Shown: positions 1 to 58,311, counted from the first letter of the stretch. The stretch: 64,000 nt of DNA from Schmidtea polychroa (GCA_044892525.1 CM097885.1:11100001-11164000); one strand, 5' to 3'. Program-made: numbers and translations. The notes: generated by a model from the sequence alone, not told the origin.

Positions 1-7
1 AGGTAGT

Positions 8-1330
8 ATGAAGGAGAAAAGAAATTGGCTTGAATATTCACCAACAAATCAAAAAATGCATTGCCAAGCTTACTGGTTATTCGCTGATTGTAAAACTGAA
101 AATTATAGCAAGAAATGGTCCGACCCAAAATTTGGAGTTTATGACTGGAAAAAAGGCATGGAAAAGATCGCTAAACATGAAACTTCCAATCAACATCAAA
201 GTGCAATATGTCAATATTTGCTGGCTAAATATCGCATTTCAAATGATAAAACTGTGATATCTGGTTTGATCTGTCAGGAGCGTTATCAAGTGGAAAAAAA
301 TAGAGAAGTTTTGAAACGAATGGTAGATGCAACGTTGTTTTTAGAAAAACTAGGTTTGCCATTTAGAGGACACAAGGAACATTCTGGCTCTGACAGGTGT
401 AGTAATACTAGAAATTTTCGTAAATTGCTATTTTTATTGGCTAAATATGATTCCACTTTGGATAATCATCTAAAGTTTGAAAGGAAAAATGAACTTTATT
501 TATGAACTTTATTTATGACCTAATTCAATCACTTGCTTCAGAATTATCCGCAAATATTGATAATGAAGTTAGGTCTGCACAATTCCTTTCTCTAATTGTT
601 GATTCAACAATTGATATCTTCAGAGTTGATCAGATGTCAGTTTCTTTAAGATTAGTGTTAAAATCAGGACAAGTTGTTGAACGATTTATAGGCTTCTACA
701 TATTGGAAAACAGTAATGCTGCAGCATTTTCTGATATATTATTAACGGAGTTACAAAAGCAAAACAGTGACATTACACTTTGTAGAGGACAGGCATATGA
801 TGGTGCCTCTGTGATGTCTGGGATTAAAAATGGTCTTCAAACTAAGATAAAGACACTTTCACCAAATGCCATCTTTGTTCACTGTTGTTCTCATGCATTG
901 AATTTGGTGACTTTTGAAGCAATGTCTCTTAACAGTGATGTTCAGTTGTTTTTTGGTACAACAGAAAAGTTGTATACTTTCCTTACATCAAGTCTACCAC
1001 GACTACATATCCTCGAAGAACATCAGAAGTCTCGATATGAATCGACAGTAGATACTCTAAAACGACTTTCTGATACAAGATGGGCAAGCCGAAAGCATGC
1101 AGTTGATGCAGTTGTTGGATCATTCGCCGCTATTATATCTACTCTAGAAGATATAAATTTTGGGGAATCAAAAGAATACAAAGGAAGTGTCAGAGCAGAA
1201 GCTATGGGACTATTTATTTTAATAACAAAATATTCTTTTGTTTTTCTGATGCTATTTCTACAAAAGCTGTTAGATAATATCTTTGTGTTATCAAACTATT
1301 TGCAACGAAAGGACATTGATATTGCGTTTC
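8..1330 (+). mobile_element. hAT-family (ZMYM1/TTF-zinc-finger-like) transposase, 5' part; frameshifted near 500 and interrupted at ~1330
   Basis: ORFs 8..505 and 502..1392 carry hAT motifs: GLPFRGH, LIVDSTIDI (first catalytic D), GQAYDGASVM (second D), HCCSHALNL (CxxH), TRW and LSNYLQ. Similarity stops after DIDIAF, where minus-strand gag sequence begins. Confidence 0.9.
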
Positions 1331-1650
1331 CAAATTTGTATAGCAGTAAATCTCCTTGTATCCACGTAAGTGACATCTCTGGCATTGAATAGTTGAACAT
1401 TCTCGCCGTACGTGGCCTTCAACTTCGCGTGCAAAACACGTCATTTTTCATTTGGCATTCTCGATTAATATGACCAGTTTTCTTGCATGTCAAGTAATGT
1501 TGTAGTTAATATTACTTGCATCCTAATTGTTGTTTTTGTCGCCCCAAAAAACCTTTGACAATCCCTGATAAAATTTTCTAGATCATCGCCTTTGTGAAAT
1601 TTCTCAGGTAATAGTCTGCTTATCAATAAATCAGTGGTCGTGGTCGCCAT
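1330..1650 (-). mobile_element. Degenerate, internally deleted Gypsy-type gag with CCHC zinc knuckles
   Basis: The minus strand reads MATTTTDLLISRLLPEKFHKGDDLENFIRDCQRFF, then in shifted frames CKKTGHINREC, CFAREVEGHVRREC and CQRCHLRGYKEIYC. Confidence 0.7.
1638..1649 (-). other. Primer-binding site (TGGCGACCACGA), tRNA-Arg type
   Basis: The minus strand reads ...GTCTAACA|TGGCGACCACGA, i.e. TGG immediately after a CA end. It is complementary to the 3' end (...UCGUGGUCGCCA) of metazoan tRNA-Arg(UCG) as I recall it. Confidence 0.6.
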
Positions 1651-1938
1651 GTTAGACGCAATTAAATTCAAATCTTCTTCAAGCATTTATTTTTTATAAC
1701 AACTTCAAAACTGTCTCGTTTACTAGCGTATTTAAACCCCGAGGTGTGATAATTATAATTATTAATGTAATTACTGGTCATACATTTAATTTATTTAATT
1801 TAATATAATTTAATATAATATGATATAATTTATTATAGAATTTAAATATAAAAATTTAATAGAAATAATTATTTCTACTAACTGATCTCACTTCTACCAT
1901 TTAACCATAATAATCTTATATAGGAGTTTACTAACTCC

Positions 1939-2343
1939 TTACACACCCCATCCGCCATTGGCTTCTATCCACGGAGTAAATTTGGATTTGATTATCTAAA
2001 AAATGAATATTATTAAAATATAGATTATAAAATAAATTACTTCTTGAGACCACTTGTAGTAATGTTCTGAGTCCCATAAACTTTTTTCGATGATAATTTT
2101 CATATAAGTGAATCCTACAATTATTCGGGTCCACTTCATTTCTTCGTCGAATAGGCAATTGAAGATTCGATTAAAATAAAACTTCTTTGTTTCAAGGCAT
2201 TCCATATCCATCATGTTCTGGCAGTCGATATGGTTACCTTTAATAATTTGTTCAGTCCGATTGATTAGGAAACTGAGGCTTTCCGTAATGTTTTTGCTGA
2301 CGATCTCTTTTAGGAAGTTGTCAATGAAATTAGGTTTTGACAT
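1939..2343 (-). CDS. Bcl-2-family-like protein, 119 aa, two exons (2343-2041, 1995-1939), no C-terminal TM
   Basis: Exon 1 has BH1-like FNRIFNCLFDEEMKWTRIIVGFTY. A 45-nt GT-AG intron (2040-1996, phase 0) joins it to IIKSKFTPWIEANGGWGV*, containing the BH2 motif WIxxNGGW. Confidence 0.8.
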
Positions 2344-2372
2344 TTTTACAGTAATTTAAAATATAATGTTTT

Positions 2373-2412
2373 ATTTATACTACAGAATTGTGTGCCTTAT
2401 GATTCTGATTGG
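2373..2412 (-). promoter_or_regulatory. CCAAT box (2408-2412) and TATA box (TATAAAT, 2373-2379) upstream of the Bcl-2-like ATG
   Basis: Minus strand: CCAATCA...TATAAATAAAA, then ~30 nt to the ATG at 2343. Confidence 0.55.
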
Positions 2413-2611
2413 TTGATAGACTATATGAGTTTTTGCTACAATATTTCTATTGATACCCTTGTGAGCTGTTGAGTGTGAGCAGTACCCTCATGGGGGACTG
2501 AATATCTTGTCGGATAAACTCAAAGTACTACCGTGCGCGTAATAGCAGTTATATGGTTTATATCGATGGTAAAATAATTTGGGAATTCAAATTTAAAATA
2601 TTTTAAATATT

Positions 2612-2737
2612 TGACCCCAGGTTGACCTTACTGTGACCTTACCATGACCATAAGTTGACCCTTAAATTTGACCTAAAAATATCCCTACCACGAGTGTTAT
2701 GACGTAATATGTATATATTGCGTCATATATGACGTCA
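2612..2737 (-). promoter_or_regulatory. Array of RGGTCA-like half sites (11-bp period) plus CRE/ATF-like sites
   Basis: TGACC occurs on + at 2612, 2623, 2634, 2645, 2656 and 2669. TGACGTAA is at 2700, TTGCGTCA at 2718 and TGACGTCA at 2730. Confidence 0.5.
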
Positions 2738-2768
2738 TACGTCTTTGTTCCCGGGTCGACATGTTACA

Positions 2769-3303
2769 TTACTAACTTGCACGGTTGAATGATCATTTAG
2801 CACACTGAGAAGAGTCAAAACGTGGCTAAGGGCAAGAATGTATGAAAATAGACTTTCTGGACTACATGATGAGTGTTCATTGTGACAGGATCAATGACAG
2901 TAAAAAAAGCGAAAAATAATCGACAAAGTGATTAATAAATTTGGTCAAGATCACAGACGTTTACAGTTTCTTTTCACAAAGTAATATTTATGAATAAGTC
3001 TGTAATTTTGTTTTATAATTGAATAAATAATTATGGATAATATACAACAAAAAATTTTTTTTACGTTTTTGATTCTGTTTATTCCTAAAATCACATTAAT
3101 GTTTCAACGATAAAAATGACTTTAATTGAAACCATCAATATACTGTTATTAATCTGAATGTATATAGTAAAAATATTTTTTTCATAAATGAGCATAACAA
3201 GAATTTAAATGATACTTGTATGTTTAAGTATTACATTAACATCTAGAAGTTCTTTACTTTGATTTTTTTGCCTCCCCTAGAAAAATTTCTGTGGACGCCC
3301 ATG
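2769..3303 (+). mobile_element. hAT C-terminal dimerisation domain remnant and 3' terminus
   Basis: Reads CTVE*SFSTLRRVKTWLR...ENRLSGL...IDKVINKFGQDHRRLQFLF. It ends in GGACGCCCATG, the reverse complement of the CATGGGCGTCC terminus seen at 10558. Confidence 0.75.
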
Positions 3304-3904
3304 CAATGAAATATTTTAAATTAATCAATTAGACAGGCTTAATAATTTCATTAAAGTTCTCATCATTTATGTTAATCTACAAATTATTATTATGTTTTAA
3401 AATTTTATAGATTGTGTTTGTTCCTATTATTCCGAGAAACTGAATAGATTTTGTTGACGTTATACATTGATCATACTTATAAATCGGAAACCATATTTAT
3501 AAAATCGCAAACTAACTTGCGTTATGAAGAGTTTCCACTAATTGTCAAAAATTTCATTTCAAATGCAAACATCTCCAATAAAAAAAATCACAGTATATAC
3601 AACTGATCAAACTTAACATATATGTCAGATAAAGTAAACACATCTCGCATGTTAATCAACCCAAAACTAAAATAATTTTCTGTCAATTTAACTTGATAGA
3701 ATAAACCTTAATTTACAAATATCATCTAGTCTCTTACGTTTTCCCCTAGGAAATGCAAAATTACACCAAAACACTAAATTATGTCTATGATAACATAGTG
3801 GGCAATTTATGCTGTCACAAAATCTTTTTCCATCATCTATTTATGCAAAATCTTATACTGTGTTGGGTTATGAATTTGCTCTATTTCAGTTATCTATTCC
3901 AGAT

Positions 3905-4012
3905 ATCGATTGTTGAAACTGCTTATTCATCAATTATTCAATTTAATTGTTGAAACTATTTACTCATTAATTATTCGATTTAATTGATGAAAATATTTAT
4001 TCGTTAATTATT
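3905..4012. repeat. ~37-bp imperfect tandem repeat (about 3 copies)
   Basis: Unit approximately attgttgaaactatttattcattaattattcgattta. Confidence 0.55.
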
Positions 4013-4349
4013 GTGCTAGTGTTTTGTTAAATTCGATTTTATCTAATATGACTCGTGATCGATACTGATGTGCCGAACGTCAGTTACGTCTTCTCTATAC
4101 AAGATTGTATTATGTTTAAAATCAATGAAGCATCTGTGTCTTTTACTGATATTTGAAGCTCTCAACCAATACTAATAAACCGAATTTTGGTCATACTTTT
4201 CCGATCTATTTCATTCAAATTGCTTCAAATTAAAATATTTTACCAAAAGATCGAAATTGTATTATGTTCTTAAAATTTTAATTTGTTCATATCCCTCTAC
4301 ATACTGGACTTCGTCGAGGAGAATGCTTAGTGTTATATAGTGTTATATA

Positions 4350-6435
4350 TCCGCACCATCAACGTTTCAAAAACTTATGACATTAATAATTGGAGATCTG
4401 ATGTGGAATGAAGCATCAGTCTATTTAGAGGACATATTAATCTTTTCGAAAACTATTGAAGAACAAAAAGAAAGAATAAATAAACTTTTCCTTAGAATTA
4501 GGAAATCGGGACTAAAAATTTACCCTGAGAAATGCAAGTTCTTAGTACCTGAATTAAAGTTTCTTGGACATATAATTAATGAAAAGGTATCAAAACAGAT
4601 AAAACTAAGATTGAAACAATTAAAAATGTGAAGCAGCCTAATTGTGTGAAACATCTTAGGAGTTTTTTAGGATTGTATAATTACTATAGAAAATTTATTC
4701 AAAACGATTCAAAAATAGCTAGGCCATTTGAATCTTTGATTGGAGGTAAAAACAAAAGTATTATTTGGACATCACAATGTGAAAAAGCTTTTGACGAGTT
4801 AAAACATAGTTTGATCAGTGCACCATCAATATGCCATCCGGATTTTAATAAAACGTTCATTTTAGATACCTATGGTAGTTTTGATTGTATTGGCGCTGTT
4901 TTATCGCAAAGAGATTACAATAATGAAGAAAAGATAATCGCATATAAGTCAAAAAGTATGATTAAACATGAAATTGGGTACTGTATAACAAGGAAGGAAT
5001 TATTATCTGTTTCCATTTTAGACAGCATTTTAAACATTATCTCTACGGGAAAAAATTTATTTTAAGAACTGATCATAAGGCAATCACATTTATGTTAACT
5101 ACTAAAAAACCAATTACCGCTCAGTTTCAAAAATGGCATAAATTTTTTAAGTAGTTTGGGCTTGAAATTAGAATATCGCAAAGGTGAGTCACACAAAACA
5201 CGCACTATCACGACTGATATAGGAAATTGCACACGTCAGATGAATCATATTGATGCTAAAGAGTAAAAAATTAAAACTAAAATTTTAGCAATGTAGAAGA
5301 TCAAACATTTAAATGGAAAAATAATTCTGAAGAAATAAAGAAAATAAAAGAAAATATACAGAACGGCAAAACTGAAGATTGTTATGTGGACAATGGAATT
5401 ATTATGACTCATAATAATAAAATATATATTCCTTCATATATGAAAAACGATTTTATTCTAGAAATCCATAGAGAATTGTGTCATACAGGAATCAACATAA
5501 CTACAAATTACATAAAGAATTATTACAATTTCCAAGAAATGGATAAAAGTATCAAGAGAATTATCACAACTTGTGAAATTTGCCAGAAACGTAAAACATT
5601 CACTGGGAAAACAAAAGAAGTTATTGAAAAATTAATTGCGCGTGAACCATTTGAAAAAATATATATTGATTTTTGTGGCCCCTTTAAAATGACACCATCT
5701 GGCAAAAGATATGTGATGGCTATAATAGATCATTTTAGTGAATATATAGTATTAAAAGCTGTAAGAACACAAGAAGAAAAGACATTAATTGATAATGTGA
5801 AAAGTTCGTGGATAATGAAGTTTGGACTGCCAAAGGAAATTCATGTTGATAAAGGAAAATGTTTCGAATCCCAAGTTTTTAAAAATATGGCAGTAAAGTA
5901 TTACTTGAAAATAGTTTATTAAAGCATTTATCATCATCAATCTAATGGACAAATTGAAAGACAATTTAGAACGCTAAGAGACTGGATTTCATGCTGTCTG
6001 GAAGAGAAAAAAATTAAGACATGGGAAGAAGCATTACCTCATATAGAATTTGCAATGAATTCAACAATACAATCAAGTATAAAAGTTAGTCCTGTTGAAG
6101 TAATATATGGAAAGAAATTTTGCAAAGAGCGTTTTACTAATGGTCCAGAAATTGATACTAAAGAATCAAAGAAGCATGAAATAGCATTGAATATTAAATC
6201 ATTGAACCGTATAAATAATTATAATCAAGAAAATCTAATACATAGATCTTTCAGAGTTAGTGAATTGGTACTCGTCAAGGAAGATATCAGAAACAAGCAA
6301 GATAACGGGTATTGCGGACCTTTTGAAATGATGGGAAAATATAATAAAAATAGTTATTTATTAAGGAATGCTGGTAATAAATGTATTACTAGAAATGTGG
6401 AATGGCTAAAGTCATTTAAAACGAAGGGTATGTGA
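4350..6435 (+). mobile_element. Ty3/Gypsy pol fragment (RT C-terminus, RNase H, integrase); 5'-truncated and frameshifted
   Basis: YLEDILIF (mutated YLDD), EKCKF...LKFLGH, LRSFLGLYNYYRKFI, FILDT..S...IGAVLSQ, YCITRKELL, integrase HHCC zinc finger, IDFCGP, IDHFS, D.GKCF, HHQSNGQIER and GPF motif. Confidence 0.95.
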
Positions 6436-6667
6436 TGTAATTATAATGGGATATTTGATTTCCCTAACCTTTACCCTATATTATTTAATGCCTGCATGTG
6501 TGATTTATTATTTTTGATTGTCTGGATCCTCAAATTATGTCACTGATTATTATTTCCCTAAAAGCTATTGCTGATTGTGTTGGTGTCAACACATCGGGTA
6601 CAATAAATAGTACCACAATTTCTTAAATAATGTTTTTGGAATTTATCAATTATTCTTATTCGTTACA
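6431..6667 (+). mobile_element. Probable 3' LTR of the Gypsy element (TGTGA...TTACA)
   Basis: Follows a short purine tract (GAAGGGTA) at the end of pol, has TG...CA ends and contains an internal AATAAA. Confidence 0.55.
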
Positions 6668-8219
6668 CTGCTCATAAACACAACACATACTACACAATAC
6701 AATCAAACTTTTGATCTATAGTAACTTTATTTCAGACAATTTTGAGAAAAAATGAATCGCTGAAACCTTTTAAAACTCTTTTTATGAAGAAACTACGTTA
6801 TTTTGTCATGAAAATGACAAAATATCAACTAGAGATTTAAATAGAAATTGAGTTAAATAGAAATAGAAAGAAGTAACAATTGTAAAAATTTCATTTCATT
6901 TCATTAAAAAGTATAAAAACTTTACTATATTTGTGGACCAGTAGGTATCCCGGTTGGCCAGTCCAGCACTGCTTAAAGTTTACTTAAATAAAAAAATTAC
7001 CTGAAAGCTATTTCTAAAATGGCTAAATACAAATAGTTAAAATAGCTAAAATAGTACACTAACCATTCCAAAAAATTCCATCATAAATAATGACGCATCT
7101 ATAATTAGTTATACACACCAGCCTATATTATAGACGCGTTTGTTCACTGCAAACAGGTGTACTAGAAACTGATATGGTTTATTTAAGGTTGGTTGACAGT
7201 CACCTATGTTATTTTCTAAATGCATATATCTCGACAGCTGTCAGAGATTACGGAATGCCAATGGGAAAAGTGGGAAAAAGAATGAATTTTAAATATGTTC
7301 CATCAGATGAAAAAGTATAAAAACCGAAGACAAATTAATAGAAAGAAAGAAAAATTGGAACGAGAGAAAAAATGCTTCTAGAAAAACAAAAAAGGGAAAA
7401 TTTGTTAGAAAGAAATTTGTGAAAAATTTGTATTCACGAGGAGAGTAAAATAAAGTGTTGTGAATAAGGAAACAGTTGAAAGAAACTTGTGTATTAAATT
7501 AATGAATAAGAGGTTGTTAAAAGCAACCAGATCAATTTTGCGAATTGCCCATTACCGATAGTAGTCAAGCAGCCATGTTCTTAGAGGATTGATATTGTTG
7601 TGCTATTCTTTCTGGAGGGTCGTAATAAGCATTTGAAACATTTGAGGTGTGTTCGAAATCGGTATCGTTGAATTCGTTGTAATAAATTGTGATAATTAAG
7701 TTTTACGTCGTTGAGATTTGACATTGTCGTTATTAAATAGCACGCTCGGAGTCAGGTCAGTTAATAGCAGTTAACACTCACCAACCAACTACAATATACC
7801 CAACAAGTTTATCATTGAAATCGAGTTGCCTTGGTTACTTAAACGCGTAGTATCTTTTGGATTAATATAGTGCAAGTCGTCTTAATCGTTACTCTAGCTA
7901 TAGAACCTAACACATACATAACTATTATTATTTATTTATATTTATTATTATTTACAGTGAAAGCTTTTAGTATTATGACAATCATTCTGGATTGTTTATA
8001 AAAATTTCAACATGCAATTAAAATACCAATCATCATTCAATTAATATAATAATAAATATAAACTAATATCTCAAATATTATTATTAATAATTAGATAATA
8101 AAAAAAAGAAAATTTGATAGAGAAAAAACAACTGAATAAAAATTATAATACAAACATTTATTTATTCTAACAATCAAAATTATTCATTAATAAGTGTTAT
8201 AAGGCAGCAGTATTATCTT

Positions 8220-54675
<46,456 letters not shown>

Positions 54676-55213
54676 CGTCGTTTTGATAACTAATTTCAAT
54701 TCTAATTATATATAAAGGTTAGAATTTAGAAATAATATATTTAAACAAATCACATTTTCGTTTGAACTATATATTAATTCGCTTTAAACATTAAAAACTA
54801 TTAATTTACATATTAATAGTGATATGAAAGTTTTAAAATTATAATTAAAAATATATAATGAAACATATTAGCATATGAATATAATTACATAGTTTTTAAA
54901 AATTAAAATTATACTTAATTATTTTCATTGTGTCTTTTATCAAATTGAGAAAATGGGTTTCAAAACTTTTTCAGTGAGTGTATTCCTGAAACCAGGGACG
55001 TAGCTAGGGAAGGGGCAAGTGCCCATCCCTGCCCCTAAAATGAAAATTAATTTTTAGGCATTTTAATCGAGACTTAAAAATCTTTTGACTATAGAATGAG
55101 TTTCAGATTGGCATTCAACCAAAAAATATTAATAATAATTATAAAAATAACCCTAATCACCCAGAAAGATTGTTCTCATGTCAAATATGTTATGGTGTCA
55201 TAGTCCTCAAGAT

Positions 55214-55592
55214 CAGTGCTCGAAGTGGAACAAAATATGTGCCGGGATAGGCATGCTGTGGCACCCGGGATTCCAGGCTTTTATGCAGAAATTTTCAGTT
55301 GGGGGTGTTGCAAAACTTGGGGGGGGGGTGTCCAACAAATACCTACCTATCCATTACTGCTGCTTGGGAAATTCTTAATTGAATAGAGAATAGAGAATAA
55401 AGAATATATATATACATACATATATGGATGTACTATGTGTGACCTTAATTGCAGTATTTGTGTGCCTATAAAATGAAATAAGTACCGGGATAAACCTATA
55501 GATTATATGAAATGAAGTGCCGGGATGCAATTCCGCCTACATAATCAATGCCGGGATAATATCCCGGCTATCCCGCCTCACTTCGAGCACTG
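55214..55592. mobile_element. hAT MITE, TIR CAGTGCTCGAAGTG, exact 8-bp TSD CTCAAGAT
   Basis: It is nested in a larger element starting CAGGGACGTAGC at 54993 and has repeated CCGGGAT subterminal motifs. Confidence 0.92.
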
Positions 55593-56109
55593 CTCAAGAT
55601 ACTCTACTTATGTATACCATAAACTGACTTATGTTCAATGAAAAGAGAGCATCAATTGTTTATGGTTGACATTGTGTTTGCAGAACATAACGATGTCACT
55701 GACATGGTAATTAAATTTTTGGTGGGTTACAGATAAACGAAATTTTATCTTTCATGATATTTCCAGCATAACCCAGTAATTTTATACCACTCAAAACCCA
55801 TTGAGTGAACAACGTTAGTAATTTGTCGAATGGGGAAATATTCACAAAATGTGAGTGCAATTTTGTAGACGATTTTTATTATTTATTTATTTCTCAATTT
55901 TTGATACTTTATTTAAATTTATTAATTGCGACTCTATGATGGATTTCGCATTTTCGTTTGAGTTTTCCATTATTCTTTGATTATTTCTTGTTTCTTTTCA
56001 TTTTTCTATTATTTTACTAAATATAATGGAATTTGAATAATTTGAATAATAAATAATAATTTGAATATTTGTCAGTAATAATAATAGACTTTTGAAATTA
56101 TAATAGTAT

Positions 56110-57201
56110 TGTTGGGATAAAAACTGTTTTCTCAATTGGATTGTATATTTCTCCACCGGCGACGGCCTCCGCCGAATAGGCGTGTTCCAACTGTGTTGCC
56201 CGTAGGTTAAAATGTACATTTGTTTATTTTTATTATTCTGGAAACACCGGTTGCGTTGATGGTCTATAACCACCCTACAGGGCATAATAAATACCTAATT
56301 AACACTAACTAACAGCTTTTATTTTTCATCCTGTGGGTGTGTGCGCGGTTATCTGTGTGTATTTGTGCAAGTTTCTGCGTGTTTGCATAAGTCTATTGCG
56401 TCGTGGTGTTGTACTGAACAGCTTGGTGAGGTGCATCGGTGCGTCCCACTCAAAATATTTTGCTTTTTGAATATAAGAATTACAAATAATTTAAGCAGTT
56501 ATCATAATATTTTCGACATAGAAAGGTAATGTTCAAACGACACCTAATTACGATATATAAAAGTTTTTATAATACACCTTGGTGTGCACATCAGTTGAGT
56601 TGATCCAGTATTTATGAGAAAATGAAATTTGTAACTTCATTTAATCAATTTTAGAAATGACTGGCATGTAAGTTTTTAATTTTAAGTATAGTTAAAGGCT
56701 TGAATTTTGATTTTATTTAATTTTGAGAGTTCTTATTTAAGACCCGAGCAATACGTTAATAGAGATATTTTGAGCCCTAGTCAATGGTAAACAAATTAAA
56801 ACAATTAGAAAACATTCAAATATTGATTTAGGATTCCTGGGGAAATAATTGATTGCAATTCTATAGATAATTGGTCTCTCAGAAACAGTATAAAAGGAGA
56901 GCTCAGAAATGAGCAAACCGCCATTTGATTGAAGAGAAATAAAGAGAGAAGAGAAGCAGAAGTCCGGCGACCAGTAATCGAAAGTAAAAATCTAGTAATT
57001 CAAAAAAGGTAATACAAGAAAAAGTGATCGCCCATTGGGTTTTCTACCTTATCGAGTGGAAAGAGAAAGGTGCAAATAGTGAGAAATTGTAATTGTGATA
57101 ATGATTAAATAAAATTATTCTGTGTTGGATTTTGATTTATTTGGTTGAATAAGAACACGATGTGTCAGAGAGAAAACCAACTTTCAAATAAAAACCTAAC
57201 A
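56110..57201. mobile_element. Probable solo LTR related to 62664-63422
   Basis: TGTTGGG...CCTAACA with flanks GTAT/ATAT. Segment 56740-57200 resembles 62945-63420. Confidence 0.55.
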
Positions 57202-58129
57202 ATATACTCTCATTTATTTTGCAGCTAATTCGACTCTAATTTTGTGCATGATAACTGTTTAAAATTCGAAATTGTTTAATTTTTCTAAATTTTGTTTTTC
57301 CACATTTTTAAGTTGTTTAGCAGTTTTTATATCATACATTTATAAATTTTATGGAGTCTTGTTCATTTTCATTTTTCTATGCATACTTGGAAATAACGTG
57401 GAAATGGTATACCTCTAATCATGCTTGCAAAACCCACGAATCTATAGGTCGGCTCTCATTTTGTATCTTAGTCAATGTGATTTCTCTTTCTTTGCTTAAA
57501 TGTTTTTATGTTTAACACATACCTTTAAAAGTTTTTACTGCTTTTACCGATTCCTATTTAAACCTGTAGTTTGTGAATATAGTTGTGTATGGTCACTTAT
57601 TTGTTTAATCTTCCTGTTTTAAGTATAAGTATGGTCGAAAAGTTTTCATATCATTCCTTATACTTTGTTGAAGATTTTATCCAGTGTGACAAGGCAGTTC
57701 AGTGTTGCACATCAAAATATAAAATTTGATAGTAAACTATTACACCCACTGAATAATCGAGAATGAAACAGTTTCATAGTTTAAATTCATAGAAAATCGT
57801 AGAAGCTTATTTTTGTTTATTCATTTCACATAATCACATCGCAAGTGATAATAATGTCGAAATGTTTATATCATTATCAAATTTGGTCTTGATGCATATT
57901 AGAAGCTGCTAACACATTTTCTAAATTATTTTTTAAAACCGGTTCAAAAGTTAACGTCATAATTCCAAGTATTTATTTAATTTCAATATTGTATAATTTC
58001 CAAACAAATTTCCAGCGTCGAATAAAATATTTTAAAAACCATTTTCTAAAATTTCGATATTTAAAATATATTTATTTAAAAATGATTTAAAAGTATAAAA
58101 TGATGATTGCTTGGTAGCAGCATTTATTA

Positions 58130-58311
58130 TTTAAAACAATAAAATGATAATTTAAGCCTTTTGCTGCAAATAATGTATTTAATGAAAGAATTTTCGACTA
58201 TACGATAATCCTTGACAAGAGATTGACAAGGACTATCGTATAGTCGAAAATTCTTTCATTAAATACATTATTTGCAGCAAAATGCTTAAATTATCATTTT
58301 ATTGTTTTAAA
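58130..58311. mobile_element. Foldback/MITE palindrome with ~85-bp arms
   Basis: Near-perfect inverted repeat around ~58220. Related partial copies lie at ~10060-10220 and ~33750-33890. Confidence 0.8.

Larger units (their letters stand above)
1650..2768 (-). mobile_element. Putative 5' LTR (~1.12 kb, TGTAAC...TAACA) containing a Bcl-2-like gene
   Basis: The minus strand starts TGTAACA exactly where hAT coding sequence resumes (2769) and ends TAACA directly before the PBS. No second LTR copy is present in the window. Confidence 0.55.

Noticed and set aside
1996..2040. C-terminal transmembrane anchor of the Bcl-2-like ORF as shown in the ORF track
   Set aside because: It coincides exactly with an AT-rich GT-AG intron, and splicing restores BH2. 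Kept only as a possible retained-intron isoform.
7207..7912. Solo LTR (TGTT...TAACA)
   Set aside because: The composition is LTR-like, but there is no TSD or second copy to fix the boundaries.
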